A stretch of 64,000 nt of DNA from Ranitomeya imitator (taxonomy: Eukaryota). The notes under the pieces are model-generated. The model made no database searches, was not told the origin of the DNA, and saw only the letters and a list, made by a program, of their open reading frames with translations. Position 1 is the stretch's first letter, and every line of letters starts with the position of its first letter. Shown here piece by piece: positions 61,083 through 64,000 of this stretch. Where the stretch lies: positions 690,990,001 through 691,054,000 of the forward strand of contig NC_091286.1 in NCBI RefSeq assembly GCF_032444005.1. The letters are read 5' to 3'. The position numbers and the translations under genes were made by a program.

Positions 61083-63809
61083 CTAGCTGAAGAGCCCGGC
61101 GTTGCCTGGGCATAGTAAATATCTGTGGTTAGTTATAGCACCTCACTTCTCTTATTTTCCCATCACACCTCTCATTTTCCCAATCACATCTTTCATTTTC
61201 CCCCTCACATCTCTCATTTTCCCCCTCACATCTCTCATTTTCTCCCTCACTCCTCTTATTTTCTCCCTCACTCCTCTCATTCCCCCCTAACACTTGTCAT
61301 TTCGACCTCACATCTGTCATTTTCCGATCACTCCACTATTTTCCCTCACTCCTCTCATTTTGCACTCACACCTTTTCATTTTCACCTCACACCTCTCATT
61401 TTCACCTCAGTATATACATGTTTGTCATCTCCCTTATATATAGTATACACCTGTATGTCATCTCCTGTATATAGTATATACCTGTATGTCATCTCCTCCT
61501 GTATATAGTATATACCTGTAGGTCATCTGCTCCTGTATATATTATATATATGTGTGTCATCTCCTCTTGTATTAGACCGCGTTCACACATTATTTGGTAT
61601 TTTTTCCTCAGTATTTGTAAGCTAAATTGGCAGCCTGATAAATCCCCAGCCAACAGGAAGCCCTCCCCCTGGCAGTATATATTAGCTCACACATACACAT
61701 AATAGACAGGTCATGTGACTGACAGCTGCTGTATTTCCTATATGGTACACTTGTTGCTCTTGTAGTTTGTCTGCTTATTAATCAGATTTTTATTTTTGAA
61801 GGATAATACCAGGCTTGTGTGTGTTTTAGGGCGAGTTTCGTTTGTCAAGTTGTGTGTGTTGAGTTGCGTGTGGCGACATGCATGTAGCGACTTTTGTGAG
61901 ATGAGTTTTGTGTGGCAACATGCGTGTAGCAACTTTTTGTGTGTCGAGTTGCATGTGACAGGTTAGTGTAGCAAGTTGGGTGCAGCACATTTGCGCATGG
62001 CGAGTTTTGCGCGTGGCGAGTTTTATGTTTGGTGCCTTTTGAGTATGTGCAAGTTTTGTGTGAGGCAACTTTTGCATGTGTTGCAACTTTTGTACATGTG
62101 GCAATTTTTCCGTGTGTGCAAGTTTTGCGTGTGGCGAGTTTTCCATGAGGTGAGTTTTGCACTTGTGGCGAGTTTTGCGTGAGCCAAATTTTTGCATGTG
62201 GCGAGTTTTGCGCGTGGCGAGTTTTGAGCGGCGACTTTTGTGTTTCGACTTTTATGTGGTGAGGTTGGTGTATGTGTGGTGAAATGTGTGCTAAGGGTGG
62301 TATATATGTTCAAGCACGTGGTAGTGTGTGGCGCATTTTGTGTGTGTTCATATCCCCGTGTGTGGTGAGTATCCCATGTCGGGGCCCCACCTTAGCAACT
62401 GTACGGTATATACTCTTTGGCGCCATCGCTCTCATTCTTTAAGTCCCCCTTGTTCACATCTGGCAGCTGTCAATTTGCCTCCAACACTTTTCCTTTCACT
62501 TTTTCCTCATTACGTAGATAGGGGCAAAATTGTTTGGTGAATTGGAAAGCGCGAGGTTAAAATTTCACCTCACAACATAGCCTATGACGCTCTCCGGGTC
62601 GAGACATGTGACTGTGCAAAATTTTGTGGCTGTAGCCGCGACGCCTCCAACACTTTTCCTTTCACTTTTTTCCCCATTATGTAGATGGGGGCAAAATTGT
62701 TTGGTGAATTGGAACGCGCAGGGTTAAAATTTCGCCTCACAACATAGCCTATGATGCTCTCGGGGTCCAGACGTGTGACTGTGCAAAATTTTGTGGCCCT
62801 AGCTGCGACGGTGCAGATGCCAATCCCGGACATACACACATACATACATACCGTATATACTCGAGTATAAGCCGACCCGAGTATAAGCCGACCCCCCTAA
62901 TTTTGCCACAAAAAACTGGGAAAACTTATTGACTCGAGTATAAGCCTAGGGTGGAAATGCAGCATTTACCGGTGAATTTCAAAAATAAAAATAGTTCATT
63001 ATTTCCCCATAGCTGTGCCATATAGTGCTCTGCACCATTCATATTGCCCCATATCTGTGCCCCATATAGTGCTCTACACCATTCATATTGCCCCATATCT
63101 GTGCCCCATACAGTGCTCTGCACCGTTCATATTTCCCCATAGATGCTCCATATAAATCTGTGCCGCCGCTGCTGCTGCTGCAATAAAAAAAAAAGCCATA
63201 CTCACCTCTCTTGCTAGCAGCTCCCGGCGTCCGGTCCCGGCATCTCTCCGCACTGACTGATCAGGCAGAGGGTGCCGCGCACACTATACGCGTCATCGCG
63301 CCCTCTGACCTGAACAGTCAGTGCAGATAGATGCCGGGAAGATGGAGTGACGCCCGGCGGCTGGAACGCAGACAGGTGAATATTACATACTTACCTAGTC
63401 CCAGCGATCCTGGCGCTCCCCGCCTGTCCCACGGTCTTCTGTGCTGCAGCCTCTTCCTCTATCAGCGGTCACCGGCACCGCTGATTAGAGAAATGAATAG
63501 GCGGCTCCACCCCTATGGGAGGTGGAGCCGCGTATTCATTTCTCTAATCAGCGGTCCCACGTGACCGCTGAAGAGGGGAAGAAGCTGCAGCACAGAAGAC
63601 CGTGGGACAGGCGGGGAGCGCCAGGATCGCTGGGACTAGGTAAGTATGCCTCAGCGCCCTCACCCCCTCTCCCGCCGACCCCACCGCTACCGTGACTCGA
63701 GTATAAGCCGAGAGGGGCACTTTCAGCCCCAAAATTTGGGCTGAAAATCTCGGCTTATACTCGAGTATATACGGTACATATATACACACATTCAGCTTTA
63801 TATATTAGA
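61083..63809 (-). mobile_element. Non-autonomous Helitron with internal minisatellites
   Basis: Minus-strand 5' A|TCTAATATATAAAGC at 63809 and 3' hairpin CCCAGGCAACGCCGGG followed by CTAG|T at 61083; no TSD. Internal arrays at ~61150-61400, ~61420-61570 and ~61830-62250, plus a duplicated block at ~62478-62820. Confidence 0.8.
62851..63774. mobile_element. Tc2/pogo-type MITE nested in the Helitron
   Basis: TIR CCGTATATACTCGAGTATAAGCCGA at both ends and TA TSD (62849-62850, 63775-63776). Confidence 0.88.
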
Positions 63810-64000
63810 TATGTGTCTGAGGACAGAAGGAGCGGCTGGACCAGTGTTCATTATATTGATTAATTTCTGGTTTATAATTTTGTTTCTCTTATTATTGTTA
63901 TCATTTTTCATTTTTCTAATAAAAGAGGATGTAACTCAGGATCAGTACTGGATCAGTAATGTAATGTATCCTCTTTTATAATATTGTTAATGCTGTCAAT

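Noticed and set aside
61738-62313. Repetitive His/Lys/Thr-rich ORFs
   Set aside because: Translations of Helitron-internal minisatellites.

Overview
Eukaryotic, vertebrate-type DNA dominated by nested transposable elements. The repeat families (TTAA-CCCC elements, TAA-target MITEs, Penelope, L2, the 86-bp satellite) and the receptor suggest an anuran amphibian; this is an inference. One host gene is present: an intronless bitter-taste receptor (TAS2R family, 46763-47758, minus strand). The rest is TE-derived. (1) A >15-kb hAT element (to 15132) with three internal satellite arrays. Its ~1189-aa transposase is split by a full-length L2 LINE with an intact 1087-aa APE-RT ORF and a 2A-like GDISPNPGP motif, and the L2 itself carries a MITE. 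(2) A decayed Gypsy with two TSD-flanked insertions. (3) Nested piggyBac-type non-autonomous elements. (4) A solo LTR. (5) A young, internally deleted Gypsy with both LTRs, tRNA-Ser PBS, PPT and a 4-bp TSD; one LTR holds a near-perfect 136-bp-arm hairpin. (6) A deleted class I ERV with an env-TM relic. (7) Penelope-like elements with fold-back 5' ends and variant hammerhead-ribozyme-like motifs. (8) Tc1/mariner relics, Harbinger-type MITEs and a non-autonomous Helitron. There are two assembly gaps. No rRNA, tRNA gene or CRISPR array was found. I see no unambiguous new biological system. The most unusual signals are the satellite-laden giant hAT with a duplicated transposase fragment, the 2A-bearing intact L2, and the Penelope fold-back/ribozyme structures. 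Family assignments come from motif recognition by eye; no database search was run.
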